Under the pieces are notes generated by a model. It had not been told where the DNA came from. It did not search any database and saw nothing but the letters and a program-made list of their open reading frames with translations. A stretch of 42,199 nt of DNA from a virus (Duplodnaviria > Caudoviricetes): positions 1-42,199 of IMG/VR virus record IMGVR_UViG_3300049012_000007; one strand, 5' to 3'. Positions 16,623 through 26,174 of the stretch are shown one piece after another. Each line of letters starts with the position of its first letter. Position 1 is the stretch's first letter. The position numbers and the translations under genes were made by a program.

Positions 16623-18085
16623 GCTTCCAGCTTTACGAAGACCAGGAAGAGTTTGTCGCCAAGCTGCGCGAGGCTCTAAAGTCTGGTATCAAGTCAGTGC
16701 TAGGAGTCGCAAGCCCAGCATTCGGCAAGACAGTGGTGGCTGCGCACATCACACAACAAGCAAGGTTGCGCGACCAATCCTCAAGCGTCTGGTTTCTTGT
16801 GCATCGCAAGAACTTGTTGCGTCAAACAAGCAAGTCGTTCTGGTCTGCCAAGATAGAGCACGGACTCATCACAAGCGGAAAAATGCGTACAACGCAACCG
16901 ATACAGGTTGGCACTATTGGAACTGTTCACAGCAGACTGAACACACTGAAGCCGCCAAAGATTCTGTTTATTGATGAAGCCCACTTAGCAAAAGGAAATA
17001 TGTTTCAAGCCGTCATAGCCTGGGCGCGTGATGCTGGCGCTATCGTTATCGGGTTAACCGGTACGCCGGTTCGGTTGGATGGAAAAAGTCTTGGAGATTT
17101 GTTTGAAATAATCATTGAAGCCAAGTCAACCAAGTGGCTTATCGAGCAAGGCAGGCTGTCTGAGTACGTCGCTTATACAACGCCAGTAAAACCAGACCTG
17201 TCAGCAGTCAAGACGCTTGCCGGTGATTACAACATAGGCGACTTAGCGCAGGCGATGGACAAGCCAACGATTGTTGGTGATGCTGTTGCGCATTGGAAGA
17301 AGTACGCAAACGGCAAGCGCACAGTTGTATATTGCTGTAACGTAGCACACAGCAAGCACACTGCAGATGCTTTCAACAGTGCTGGCATACCGGCTGCGCA
17401 CGTTGATGCAAGCACAACAGAGCAAGAGCTGAAGACCATCTGTGAATCTTTGGCTGACAGGCGCGTTCTTGTGCTGGTCAACTGCGAACTGGTTATAGAG
17501 GGCTTTGACCTATCCGCGCAGGTAGGTCGTGATGTTACGTTAGAGTGCTGCATCTTGTTGCGTCCAACGCAATCAGAGGCGCGTTATCTGCAGATGGTGT
17601 TCCGTGCGTTGCGTCGTAAGGAAGAGGCTGCAGTCATACTTGACCACGCCGGATGTATTTTGAAGCACGGACTTCCATGCCAACAGCGTGAATGGTCGCT
17701 ACTTGGACAAGTGAAAGGTAAGCGCAAAAAAGCAAACGAAGAGCCAGACGTTAACGTGCAGCAATGCGGCAAGTGCTACGCAGTTTTTTTGCCAGGTCCA
17801 GATAAATGCCCGTACTGCGGTGCTCCAGTTGAGAAGAAAGTGCGCAAGATAAACGAAGCGGACGGCGAGCTCGAAATAATAGATAAGGCGCTCATCAGCA
17901 AGCAAAACAAAAAAGAGCAAGGTCAGGCACGCACGCTGCGAGACTTGGTTGCGCTTGGCATGCGTCGCGGCATGGGTAAGGCTTCGCAGTGGGCTGCTAT
18001 TACTGCAGCTGCGCGTGAAGGACGCAAACCAACTCCTGCAGACTTTAACGAAGCGCGTAGGATCCAGATGGAGTTAACGCAATGA
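16619..18085 (+). CDS. SF2 DEAH helicase with C-terminal Zn ribbon
   Basis: 'SPAFGKT', 'DEAH', 'GLTGTP', 'EGFD', 'CGKC...CPYC'. Confidence 0.92.
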   Translation: MSFQLYEDQEEFVAKLREALKSGIKSVLGVASPAFGKTVVAAHITQQARLRDQSSSVWFLVHRKNLLRQTSKSFWSAKIEHGLITSGKMRTTQPIQVGTIGTVHSRLNTLKPPKILFIDEAHLAKGNMFQAVIAWARDAGAIVIGLTGTPVRLDGKSLGDLFEIIIEAKSTKWLIEQGRLSEYVAYTTPVKPDLSAVKTLAGDYNIGDLAQAMDKPTIVGDAVAHWKKYANGKRTVVYCCNVAHSKHTADAFNSAGIPAAHVDASTTEQELKTICESLADRRVLVLVNCELVIEGFDLSAQVGRDVTLECCILLRPTQSEARYLQMVFRALRRKEEAAVILDHAGCILKHGLPCQQREWSLLGQVKGKRKKANEEPDVNVQQCGKCYAVFLPGPDKCPYCGAPVEKKVRKINEADGELEIIDKALISKQNKKEQGQARTLRDLVALGMRRGMGKASQWAAITAAAREGRKPTPADFNEARRIQMELTQ

Positions 18086-18438
18086 ACCCAGAAACAAAAC
18101 TCATGCGCCTCATCATGCTGGCGCTGACCAAGGCTGGCTGCATCTGCTGGCGTAACGAGACCGCTGGTGCATACGTTGGTCGCGTAATACATAAAGACCA
18201 GCGCATTGTTACTCTTGCGAACGCGCAGCTGATGACGTTCGGGTTGTGCGTTGGCTCTGCTGACATCATCGGCATACACAAGGCAACAGGCCGCTTTCTA
18301 GCGGTGGAGGTGAAGACAGAAAAAGGCAAACCAACACAGGAGCAGATTAACTTCATTGAACAGGTCAGAGCAGCTAACGGCATTGCCGGTATTGCGCGGT
18401 CTGTTGAAGAAGCGCTAGACTTACTTCCCCGCAGCTAA
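18082..18438 (+). CDS. VRR-NUC nuclease (Holliday-junction resolvase-like)
   Basis: 'GSADIIG...FLAVEVKT..GK...EQ..F'. Confidence 0.9.
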   Translation: MNPETKLMRLIMLALTKAGCICWRNETAGAYVGRVIHKDQRIVTLANAQLMTFGLCVGSADIIGIHKATGRFLAVEVKTEKGKPTQEQINFIEQVRAANGIAGIARSVEEALDLLPRS

Positions 18439-18489
18439 GCGGGATAACAATTAGGGGTTTGCGAACTCCGCACTTTTCGAGGTGATACC

Positions 18490-18723
18490 ATGAGTCAGAA
18501 TGATTGCGATCATGTTGATTTTCTACGCTACGCAAGACGCAAGTTTGAAAACGGAGCTATTCATTACTGCGTGCAGTGCAGCAACTGCGGCAAGGTGGTG
18601 AAGACCAAGCGCCACAACGGCAAGCTGTTTATTAAGCATTCCGAAATACCAACCGGCTACCAGATCCACGAGTTTATGCATACTCAGGACGGCAGCTGGC
18701 AGGGAGGTTTGTTTGATGAGTAA
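18490..18723 (+). CDS. Small Zn-finger protein
   Basis: 'CDH...QCSNCG'; GAGGTG RBS. Confidence 0.6.
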   Translation: MSQNDCDHVDFLRYARRKFENGAIHYCVQCSNCGKVVKTKRHNGKLFIKHSEIPTGYQIHEFMHTQDGSWQGGLFDE

Positions 18724-20944
18724 GTTAACCGCATCGCAGTACGCTAAGATTTACGCAGAGCGCTACAACTGGCATCTGGTGCCGATTGAGCCTGGCAGGA
18801 AGTACCCAACAAGAAACGACTGGGGCAACACGGCGCTGACTGAACCGGCGCAAGCGTTCGCCTATTGGGAGCTGCACAAAGACTGGAATATGGGTGCTGC
18901 ACTTGGCCCAAGTCGCATGTGTTCGCTTGACATAGACGACGCTGAAGGCTGGGCGCTTATCCTTGAAGAGTTCGGCATTCCAGCTGATGCGCTAGACGCA
19001 TATCCGACCATTAAAGGGCGCGGCAAGCGCGTGATGTTTCGCGTGCCTGATGATATGCACTTGCCATACTGCAAGGTCAACTGGCCGCGCAAAGAAGACA
19101 GCAAGAAGCATTACACCATAGTTGAGCTACGCGCAGCCTGTGACGGATCACAGAAGCAAGACGTTCTGCCGCCATCCATACATCCTGACACAAAAGAGCC
19201 TTACGAGTGGATTGTTAAGCCTCCAAAGCAGATAGACGAATGGCCTTGCCCGCCTGATTGGTTGCTTGCGATCTGGTCTGCTTGGGATGCCTTCAAGCCT
19301 CAGCTGCAAGGAGTCTGCCCGTGGGTAGAGAAAGAAGCAACACGGCAAGCACCGGCACAGCAGCGTCAACACTCAGGCGACTTGCCAGACGTACAAGGCG
19401 AGTACAACGCACGTAACGACCTGCTGAGCGCGCTTGAGCGTTACGGGTATAGCAAGCGCGGCAAGCGTTACTTGTCACCGCACTCAGGAACTGGTCTTGC
19501 TGGTGTTCACATCCTAGACGCGCAGCACTGTTGGATCCACCACGCATCAGACCCGTTGTGCTCTGAGTCATCCGGCAAGCCTGTTAGCGCATACGACCTG
19601 TTTGCGTACTACGACTGCGGCGGAGACTACAAGCAAGCGTTTCGAAAAGCAGCTGAGCAGCTGGGAATAGCGCTCAAAGCGCCAGCCAAGGTCAAGCCAA
19701 GCAACCAGCCGCAGCCACTACAACCCGCCGCTGAGCCGGTTGTATACGACGCACAGCCTGATGCGCCGTTGCCGTACTGCTCAGAGAAAGGAATTCCGGT
19801 GGCGCACATTGCCAACTTACAAGAGGTCTGTCGCAGGCTTGGTGTTGTCGTGCGTTATAACGTCATCAGCAAGGAAGAAGAGGTCTTGATTCCTGGCCAG
19901 TCATTCAGTTTGGATAACGAGGGCAACGCATCGCTTGCTTGGCTTGAGTCTGAATGCAGCCTGTTCAAGATGCCAACAAGCAAGCTGCCTGCGTTTGTGA
20001 CATACATCGCAGACCAGAACCAGTACAACCCTGTTGCAACGTGGGTTATGTCAAAACCGTGGGATGGGCAAGACCATCTTGGGCAGTTGCTTAATACGGT
20101 AAAGATTAAAGACGCTGGAAACATGGAAGCGGTGCTGCTGAAAGATACACTTATCACACGCTGGATGATTTCCGCTGTCGCTGGCGCGTTCTCACCTGAT
20201 GGCGTGTCTGCTGCAGGTGTGCTTGTGTTTCAGGGCGACCAGTACGTTGGCAAAACTAAGTGGTTTAAGTCGCTTGTGCCGGATGAGCTGAACGTCATCA
20301 AGGACGGAGTGATACTGAAACCAGATGATAGAGACAGCGTAAAGCAGGCTGTTAGCTTTTGGTTGGTTGAGCTTGGTGAGTTAGACAGTACGTTCAGAAA
20401 GGCTGACATAGCGGCTCTGAAGGCGTTTCTGACTAATAAGAAGGATGTACTGCGAAGAGCTTACGCACGCAAAGAAAGCCAGTATGCGCGTCGGACGGTG
20501 TTCTTTGGCTCAGTGAACCCTAAGCAGTTCCTGCATGACCCGACAGGCAACCGGCGTTACTGGACTATCGAGGTATCGCATCTTGACCATAGCCACACGG
20601 TTGATATGCAGCAGGTCTGGGCGCAGGTCTATCACGATTGGATGAATGGCGCTTCTCACTATTTGACTGCAGATGAGATGAACCAGCTGAACAGTCATAA
20701 CGAAGACTTTACTGCGTCAGACCCGATTGATGAGGTTGTGCAGCAGACATTCGACTGGGATTGCAAGCAAGAGCATTGGCGGTGGATTACTGCCACTGAT
20801 GCTGTGCGTGAATGCGGTTATGAGCGCCCCACGAAGATGGATTGCAACACTGCAGCAGTCGCAATTAGGAAGCTAAATGGCAACCAGGGCAAGCGAACTA
20901 GCGCAGCAAAACTGCTGCTTGTTCCGCCTAAGCGCTTCAACTAA
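18716..20944 (+). CDS. Bifunctional primase-polymerase (Prim-Pol) fused to VirE/VapE-type ATPase/helicase
   Basis: N-terminal 'LDID...PPSIHP'; C-terminal 'QGDQYVGKT', 'ELGEL', 'RRAY', 'DPTGNRRYW'. Confidence 0.9.
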   Translation: MSKLTASQYAKIYAERYNWHLVPIEPGRKYPTRNDWGNTALTEPAQAFAYWELHKDWNMGAALGPSRMCSLDIDDAEGWALILEEFGIPADALDAYPTIKGRGKRVMFRVPDDMHLPYCKVNWPRKEDSKKHYTIVELRAACDGSQKQDVLPPSIHPDTKEPYEWIVKPPKQIDEWPCPPDWLLAIWSAWDAFKPQLQGVCPWVEKEATRQAPAQQRQHSGDLPDVQGEYNARNDLLSALERYGYSKRGKRYLSPHSGTGLAGVHILDAQHCWIHHASDPLCSESSGKPVSAYDLFAYYDCGGDYKQAFRKAAEQLGIALKAPAKVKPSNQPQPLQPAAEPVVYDAQPDAPLPYCSEKGIPVAHIANLQEVCRRLGVVVRYNVISKEEEVLIPGQSFSLDNEGNASLAWLESECSLFKMPTSKLPAFVTYIADQNQYNPVATWVMSKPWDGQDHLGQLLNTVKIKDAGNMEAVLLKDTLITRWMISAVAGAFSPDGVSAAGVLVFQGDQYVGKTKWFKSLVPDELNVIKDGVILKPDDRDSVKQAVSFWLVELGELDSTFRKADIAALKAFLTNKKDVLRRAYARKESQYARRTVFFGSVNPKQFLHDPTGNRRYWTIEVSHLDHSHTVDMQQVWAQVYHDWMNGASHYLTADEMNQLNSHNEDFTASDPIDEVVQQTFDWDCKQEHWRWITATDAVRECGYERPTKMDCNTAAVAIRKLNGNQGKRTSAAKLLLVPPKRFN

Positions 20945-20950
20945 CAAACA

Positions 20951-20976
20951 AGGCCACCTTCGGTGGCTTTTTTATT
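20951..20976 (+). terminator. Intrinsic terminator
   Basis: GCCACC-TTC-GGTGGC followed by a T-run. Confidence 0.85.
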
Positions 20977-20990
20977 TCTGCTGCTACGTA

Positions 20991-21270
20991 AATAGTTGGT
21001 CACTTTTTAAAATAGTTGGTCACTAAATAAGTTATTGATTTTACTATGTGTTTTTTGATTAGTGACCAACGTGACCAGTGACCAACTACTTTCAAACTCT
21101 ATAACGGGTTTACGCGCAATATGGCGCTTATATGGCTATTAACTGTATTTGTATTTTATATATATACTTGGTCACTTGGTCACTAAATAGCTGTAAGCCA
21201 CGAAAGACGCGGGCTGCAGGCGTGACCAACTCAAAAAATAGTTGGTCACCTTGGTCACTGGTTGGTCACC
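20991..21270. repeat. Iteron array / putative replication origin
   Basis: TGGTCAC at 20997, 21017, 21169, 21177, 21243, 21252, 21263; inverted GTGACCA at 21062, 21071, 21078, 21222; AT-rich spacers; just downstream of Prim-Pol/VirE. Confidence 0.8.
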
Positions 21271-21273
21271 GCT

Positions 21274-21313
21274 AGCTGGTCATACCACTACCACCTAAAA
21301 AAGCTGATACAGT
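21274..21313 (+). promoter_or_regulatory. FadR-like box + extended -10 promoter C (drives the 21345 operon)
   Basis: AGCTGGTCATACCACTA (centre 21282); TGA-TACAGT (-12 at 21308); 26 bp. Confidence 0.65.
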
Positions 21314-21344
21314 TTGTATTGTGATTAATTGATGGGGAAGAGAG

Positions 21345-21629
21345 ATGAAACGAATGAGTGAGGTTTTTGAGTTGCCGTTATCGCAACTACCAGAGGCTGA
21401 CGACCAGATACAAGACGCTAACGAAGATTGGGCGCTGGTTGTCAGACTGCCATGGCGCACAGATTACGTTGTTAACGCAATCAACAACGTCGATGCGCTG
21501 GCTGATGCTTTGGAGGATGTCGTAAAAGCATGGAGATTTCTATGCGCTTGCAATGGGTACGATGAAGACCATTTGGTTGAGTTTGAGAATGCAAAGAAAG
21601 CACTACAAGCATACCGAGGCACAAAATGA
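21345..21629 (+). CDS. Hypothetical protein
   Basis: 94 aa; first gene of a translationally coupled cluster. Confidence 0.65.
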   Translation: MKRMSEVFELPLSQLPEADDQIQDANEDWALVVRLPWRTDYVVNAINNVDALADALEDVVKAWRFLCACNGYDEDHLVEFENAKKALQAYRGTK

Positions 21630-21898
21630 ACCCATGCTACAACAGTATTGCGCTGGCAAGGCACCAGCACGATTTAGACCGGCAAGAAGCCAAAGAGCAT
21701 TGGGTAGCTGCGGCTGTGGATAGGATGCTTGCGGATGACGATTGGCTCCTTGAGACAAAAAAGAAATGGTTTTACTGCGAGGAAGACGTCATTTATTCCT
21801 TGATTGAAACAGAAGCCAAAGAGCAAGCCAACCGAGAATACCAACAACACCTATCTGCACTCGAGCAGGCGCGGATTGATGGCATGGTGTCGGAATGA
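21626..21898 (+). CDS. Hypothetical protein
   Basis: ATGA coupling. Confidence 0.6.
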   Translation: MNPCYNSIALARHQHDLDRQEAKEHWVAAAVDRMLADDDWLLETKKKWFYCEEDVIYSLIETEAKEQANREYQQHLSALEQARIDGMVSE

Positions 21899-22131
21899 AG
21901 TTCTGCGCCATAGAAATCCAAAAGATGCTAGACAGAGGAATGTCTAGAGCGCAAATCTCTAGAGAGATTAAATGCAGCAAATCTAATGTTAGTAAATATG
22001 TCGGCACAGCCTGCGACACCGAGCAATGGGAGCAAGAGCGCCAGCGCCACGCAGATTTCTTCTCCGGATTAACTCCGCAGCAAGAGTACGACTTACACAC
22101 AAAACGTAGAAAGGAGATGGATGATGAGTAA
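21895..22131 (+). CDS. HTH-containing protein
   Basis: 'GMSRAQISREIKCSKSNVSKYV'. Confidence 0.7.
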   Translation: MKFCAIEIQKMLDRGMSRAQISREIKCSKSNVSKYVGTACDTEQWEQERQRHADFFSGLTPQQEYDLHTKRRKEMDDE

Positions 22132-22792
22132 TACAGTGGATTGGAGTAAAGCGCCTGAGGGGGCTGAGTTTTATGCATACGGGTGCTTCAGAAAAGACGG
22201 CGAGGTTTGGAATGGTTGCTTATGGCTTTACGGCATTAGCCGTGCCGAAGCCTCTGCAAGTGGTGACTACCAACCACGCCCAACACCACAAGAAAAACCA
22301 ATGAAATACGAATACGGCGTAGAGTATCCAACAAACGGCGTAAAGCCTGATTTGCCGGATGATGTGTTGGTTGAGGTTCAAACCGGTAAATTCAATTTTG
22401 GCGAGCTGACTGAATTTCCAGCGCATAGAGTGAAGTGGGAAAACTCAACAGCATTCCGAATCGTAGACCAGCGCTACAAGCCTGCCACTGCTACGGTTGC
22501 ACCAACAACCGCCGCAGAATACCTATCTGCATGCGCTCAGGTTCAATTAGAGCGTGGCAAGCAATGCGACGCTAGCGGTACAGGCGAGCGCAGCTTTGAC
22601 GCAGCGGCAGAGGCGTTTAATTGCATTACAGGAAAACACCTTCGCGGCAGTGATGTTTGTTTAATCCTGGTGATGGTGAAGCTGGTTCGGCAGTACAGCG
22701 ACCCGACGCGACTGCATGCTGATTCTGTGCTGGATATGATTAGCTATGCATCGTTATGGGCTGAAGAGTTAACGAAGGAGTTGAGTAAGTGA
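22121..22792 (+). CDS. Mosaic protein with C-terminal DUF6378-like domain
   Basis: 'DWSKAPEGAE' N-terminal module; C-terminal 'ERG..D...ERSF...A.AF...MVKLVR...H.DS.LD..SYA'. Confidence 0.6.
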   Translation: MMSNTVDWSKAPEGAEFYAYGCFRKDGEVWNGCLWLYGISRAEASASGDYQPRPTPQEKPMKYEYGVEYPTNGVKPDLPDDVLVEVQTGKFNFGELTEFPAHRVKWENSTAFRIVDQRYKPATATVAPTTAAEYLSACAQVQLERGKQCDASGTGERSFDAAAEAFNCITGKHLRGSDVCLILVMVKLVRQYSDPTRLHADSVLDMISYASLWAEELTKELSK

Positions 22793-22986
22793 AAATAACG
22801 CCAATCGATGTTGTGGGGCAAAACGGAAACAGTGCATTGCACTACACATGGACAATCCATGGCACTGAATACCGCCTTGGGCCTCATGCGTATGCTTTGT
22901 ATCTGAAGGGTGGCGAGTGGCGCGAAAGTGCTACTTTGACGAATCAAGAGTTGTTGCGGATAGCGGCGGAGGAAGCGCAATGCTAA
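22789..22986 (+). CDS. Hypothetical protein
   Basis: GTG start with AAGGAG RBS. Confidence 0.55.
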   Translation: MKITPIDVVGQNGNSALHYTWTIHGTEYRLGPHAYALYLKGGEWRESATLTNQELLRIAAEEAQC

Positions 22987-23192
22987 ACCAGCAAGCCACC
23001 ACAATCTGCATAGCACGGAGACTAGCGCAGCACTACAAAGAAAACCAACAGGCGGTTATCGTACAGACTGCCGCAAGGTTGCTGCCTGAATCTGACGCAG
23101 AGACAAAGGACGCACTGATGCAGTTGATTGCAGCCAGTCCAGCGCAAAGACAGGAGATAGTCAGCCGGGCTGAGCGCGACATTCTGGTATGA
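22980..23192 (+). CDS. Hypothetical protein
   Basis: GGAGG RBS before ATG 22980. Confidence 0.55.
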   Translation: MLNQQATTICIARRLAQHYKENQQAVIVQTAARLLPESDAETKDALMQLIAASPAQRQEIVSRAERDILV

Positions 23193-23251
23193 CCACTAAA
23201 CAAGAAGAGATGAGTTATGATTGACGAGAAATCAGTTTTTAGAGTTGGGAG

Positions 23252-23506
23252 ATGGAAATGAGTGAACGGTTTACGAAAGGAAACTGGCATACTGAGCAAA
23301 GAGCAAAGGGCGTTATCATTCTTGCTGATAGTGAAGACTTAAACGCTGGGTTCTCAATTTGCTCGGTCAATGGGCCAGAATCAGAAGCCAACGCCGCGCT
23401 AATCGAATGCGCACCGGAGATGTATGAGATGCTTGTTGAGGTTAACAAGTATTTAGACAGCTCAAAAATTGATTGGCTACTCGCCAAAGCAAGAGGTGAA
23501 TTATGA
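23252..23506 (+). CDS. Hypothetical phage protein
   Basis: 'FTKGNW...EANAALI..APEMYE' motif common in phage accessory genes. Confidence 0.65.
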   Translation: MEMSERFTKGNWHTEQRAKGVIILADSEDLNAGFSICSVNGPESEANAALIECAPEMYEMLVEVNKYLDSSKIDWLLAKARGEL

Positions 23507-23667
23507 GCCTCCACAGAAACATCCGCCGCAACGCAGCAAAGCGCCCTATCCGACTTGATGAGTTAGGGCCAAATAGCAGAGAGGTGGCAAAGAGGATGAT
23601 TAAAGATGGCGAGCTGCTGCCATCAGGCAATGGATACATTCTAAACGAAGCCAAGAAGCCTGCATAA
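23503..23667 (+). CDS. Small basic protein, 54 aa (MSLHRNIRRNAAKRPIRL...)
   Basis: GAGGTG RBS, ATGA overlap; translated by hand. Confidence 0.55.
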   Translation: MSLHRNIRRNAAKRPIRLDELGPNSREVAKRMIKDGELLPSGNGYILNEAKKPA

Positions 23668-23683
23668 GCAGGCTTTTTTATTT
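23656..23683 (+). terminator. Intrinsic terminator
   Basis: AAGCCTGC-ATAA-GCAGGCTT followed by a T-run. Confidence 0.85.
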
Positions 23684-23732
23684 ACTCTGCACAAGCTATA
23701 CTAATCACATAGACAACACAGAGATAAAGACC

Positions 23733-24116
23733 ATGCCAGGCGGTAGACCTACCACGTACGACCCCAAGTATTGCCAAGCTGTCATTAGCCATATGTCAGA
23801 AGGTGCAAGCCTCACATCATTTGCAGCATCAGTCATGTGCTCGCGCTCAACCATCAACGAATGGATGGCTGCAAACCCAGAGTTTTCGGAATCCGTAAAA
23901 ATCGGCAAGGCTTTATGCGCCACTTGGTGGGAGAAAGTCAGCCGCACAAATGCCGTTGAAGGTGGCGGAAATGCTACGCTTTGCATCTTCGGACTTAAGA
24001 ACATGGCACCTGATGAGTGGCGCGAGAAGCAAGAGATTGAACACTCAGGCTCTATCGACATCAACAAGATGTCAGACGAAGAGTTAGAGCGCAAGATTGC
24101 TGAATTGAGCAAATGA
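23733..24116 (+). CDS. terS: Terminase small subunit
   Basis: 'GRPTTY', HTH 'RSTINEW...PEF', 'IFGLKN...WREKQEIEHSG'. Confidence 0.9.
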   Translation: MPGGRPTTYDPKYCQAVISHMSEGASLTSFAASVMCSRSTINEWMAANPEFSESVKIGKALCATWWEKVSRTNAVEGGGNATLCIFGLKNMAPDEWREKQEIEHSGSIDINKMSDEELERKIAELSK

Positions 24117-25798
24117 CCCGCGAAGAAAAAATACAGCTAATCCAGCTTCTTGAGGAAAAGAAGCGGCGTGAACAACTAAGCCGCTCAACAGTGTTTGGCA
24201 TCGTATGCCCGACACAAGGCTTGCTTAAATGCGTTCAGAAGGTTGTCGGCGACTGGAAGGAAGTAAACAAGAAGCCTGATATGTACATTGCAAAAGCGCT
24301 TGAGCCTGTACTGTACAGCAATAAGCGCTTTATCATCATCTATGGTGGTCGAGGCTCTGGTAAGTCAATCCAGCTCATCGACATCTGCCTTGCTGGCATA
24401 ATGGACTATGGCGACAAGGTTTACTGCCTGCGAGAATTCCAGAACTCTATCAGCGAATCAATGCACTCAACTATCAAGGATGAAATAGAGCGCCTTGGTG
24501 TTTCTGGCTTTGAAGTACTTAACAATGAGATAAACCACGGAGAGGGCGGATTTAGGTTTAAGGGCTTAGCCAGGAATCCGTCATCAATCAAGTCTGCGCA
24601 AGGCTTCCGGAGATTCATTGTTGAGGAATCGCAGTTCATCTCTGAAGAATCATTAACGTGCTTAACGCCAACAGCCCGAAATAAAGCTAGGGCTGGATTG
24701 CCGGCAAAGTTCATCGTAGAGACTGAAGCGGATGAGAATAAAGAAATCGCGGAGCTGAATAACGTTCAGATGATTTTCATTGCCAACCCTGCGTCAAGTG
24801 AAGATTCATTTAGTAAGCGCTTCCTGAAGCCATTCCAAGCTGATTTGGATAGGCGCGGCTACGCAGAAGATGACATTCACCTGATAATCAGGATGAACTA
24901 CAACGACAACCCTTGGTATGAGGATTCTGGACTTGAGCAAGAGCGCATCTATGACTATAGAAATCGCCCACGCGCACTGTACGACCACATCTGGCTTGGA
25001 AAGTACAACGACAGCGTTGATGGCTCAATCATCCTTCCAGAGTGGTTTGACGCATGTGTAGACGCACACAAGAAGCTAAACTTTAAGCCAAGAGGCGCAA
25101 AAGTATTCACATTTGACCCAGCTGACACAGGGCCGGACGCTAAAGGCTATGCAGGGCGCTATGGCTCAATATTCTTTGCCGTTGGTGAAATTGACCAGCC
25201 AGATATAAACAGCGCAGCAGATGAAGCGGCAGAGCTTGCGATTAGCTATGACATTGACTTGTTTGCATGGGACTGTGACGGCATGGGTGTTGGCTTAAAG
25301 CGACAGTTCGACACCTGGTTCCACGGGAAAGGTATGCAGGTTAGGCAATTCAGAGGCTCTGGCATGCCATCAAATCCAGATACGATATACATGCAGCCAG
25401 ACACAGCAGTGGAAGCAAACTACATCGACAAACCAAAGACTAATCGCGAGACATTTAAAAACCGCAGGGCGCAAAATTACTGGCTGCTGCGCGACCGGTG
25501 TTATCGCACATTCAGAGCGGTTGCTCATGGTGAGCATTGTGATCCAGATTACATGATTAGCTTTAGCAGCAACATAAAGACGCTTGATAAGTTGCGCTCC
25601 GAGATTTGTCGCATCCCTAAAAAGCCAAATCCATCAGGTCTTATTCAAATGATGAGCAAGGAAGATATGAAAAAGATGGGGATTGCATCACCAAACATGG
25701 CAGATTGCGTAATGATGGCAATGGAAATCCCCGATATTTATGAGCAAGAAGAATACTTTGAGCGCCACATTAGCGCTGCTGGTAGTCTTGGTTACTAG
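24113..25798 (+). CDS. terL: Terminase large subunit
   Basis: Walker A 'GGRGSGKS', 'CLREFQNSI', Walker B 'IVEESQ', nuclease 'DPADTGPD...SPNMAD'. Confidence 0.95.
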   Translation: MTREEKIQLIQLLEEKKRREQLSRSTVFGIVCPTQGLLKCVQKVVGDWKEVNKKPDMYIAKALEPVLYSNKRFIIIYGGRGSGKSIQLIDICLAGIMDYGDKVYCLREFQNSISESMHSTIKDEIERLGVSGFEVLNNEINHGEGGFRFKGLARNPSSIKSAQGFRRFIVEESQFISEESLTCLTPTARNKARAGLPAKFIVETEADENKEIAELNNVQMIFIANPASSEDSFSKRFLKPFQADLDRRGYAEDDIHLIIRMNYNDNPWYEDSGLEQERIYDYRNRPRALYDHIWLGKYNDSVDGSIILPEWFDACVDAHKKLNFKPRGAKVFTFDPADTGPDAKGYAGRYGSIFFAVGEIDQPDINSAADEAAELAISYDIDLFAWDCDGMGVGLKRQFDTWFHGKGMQVRQFRGSGMPSNPDTIYMQPDTAVEANYIDKPKTNRETFKNRRAQNYWLLRDRCYRTFRAVAHGEHCDPDYMISFSSNIKTLDKLRSEICRIPKKPNPSGLIQMMSKEDMKKMGIASPNMADCVMMAMEIPDIYEQEEYFERHISAAGSLGY

Positions 25799-26073
25799 AG
25801 TTTTTCCACCTCACGACGCTGCAGCTCATGAGTCTTCCCTGAGTGTGTTTTGCACATAACAATTATCTGCACTGACCTGTCGCCTCTAAAAGTCTCGGCG
25901 ACAGCTTTGCACGATACAACCTCAGCAGTTGCATCTGTGCGAAGGATTAAAACGCGATCTCCTTCGCGCAAATCTATTTTTTCTGACTCTTTCAATTCGA
26001 TGATTCTGAGTATTTTATCCTCTATGTCATCCTGCTGCTTTTCCAGCTCGGCTATTTGCTCTTCGTAGTTCAT
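25795..26073 (-). CDS. Moron-like hypothetical protein (coiled coil + SH3/KOW-like part)
   Basis: Opposite strand between terL and portal; GGAG RBS; own promoter D. Confidence 0.65.
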   Translation of the reverse strand: MNYEEQIAELEKQQDDIEDKILRIIELKESEKIDLREGDRVLILRTDATAEVVSCKAVAETFRGDRSVQIIVMCKTHSGKTHELQRREVEKL

Positions 26074-26098
26074 TTTCATCTCCAATTAAACCCAATTC

Positions 26099-26139
26099 AC
26101 CATACCACAAACACCACGCTTTCACTGCTCCGACCACTG
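26099..26139 (-). promoter_or_regulatory. FadR-like box + extended -10 promoter D
   Basis: Minus strand CAGTGGTCGGAGCAGTG (centre 26131); TGTGG-TATGGT (-12 at 26104); 27 bp. Confidence 0.65.
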
Positions 26140-26174
26140 CGCTATACTAACCAAAACTCCAAAGGGCTTGACAA

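Noticed and set aside
18426-18470. Two small hairpins between VRR-NUC and the Zn-finger gene
   Set aside because: Short stems with no U-tract or partner sites; cannot be distinguished from chance
20991-21270. Possible CRISPR array
   Set aside because: Repeats are only 7-10 bp, in both orientations and irregularly spaced, with no cas genes
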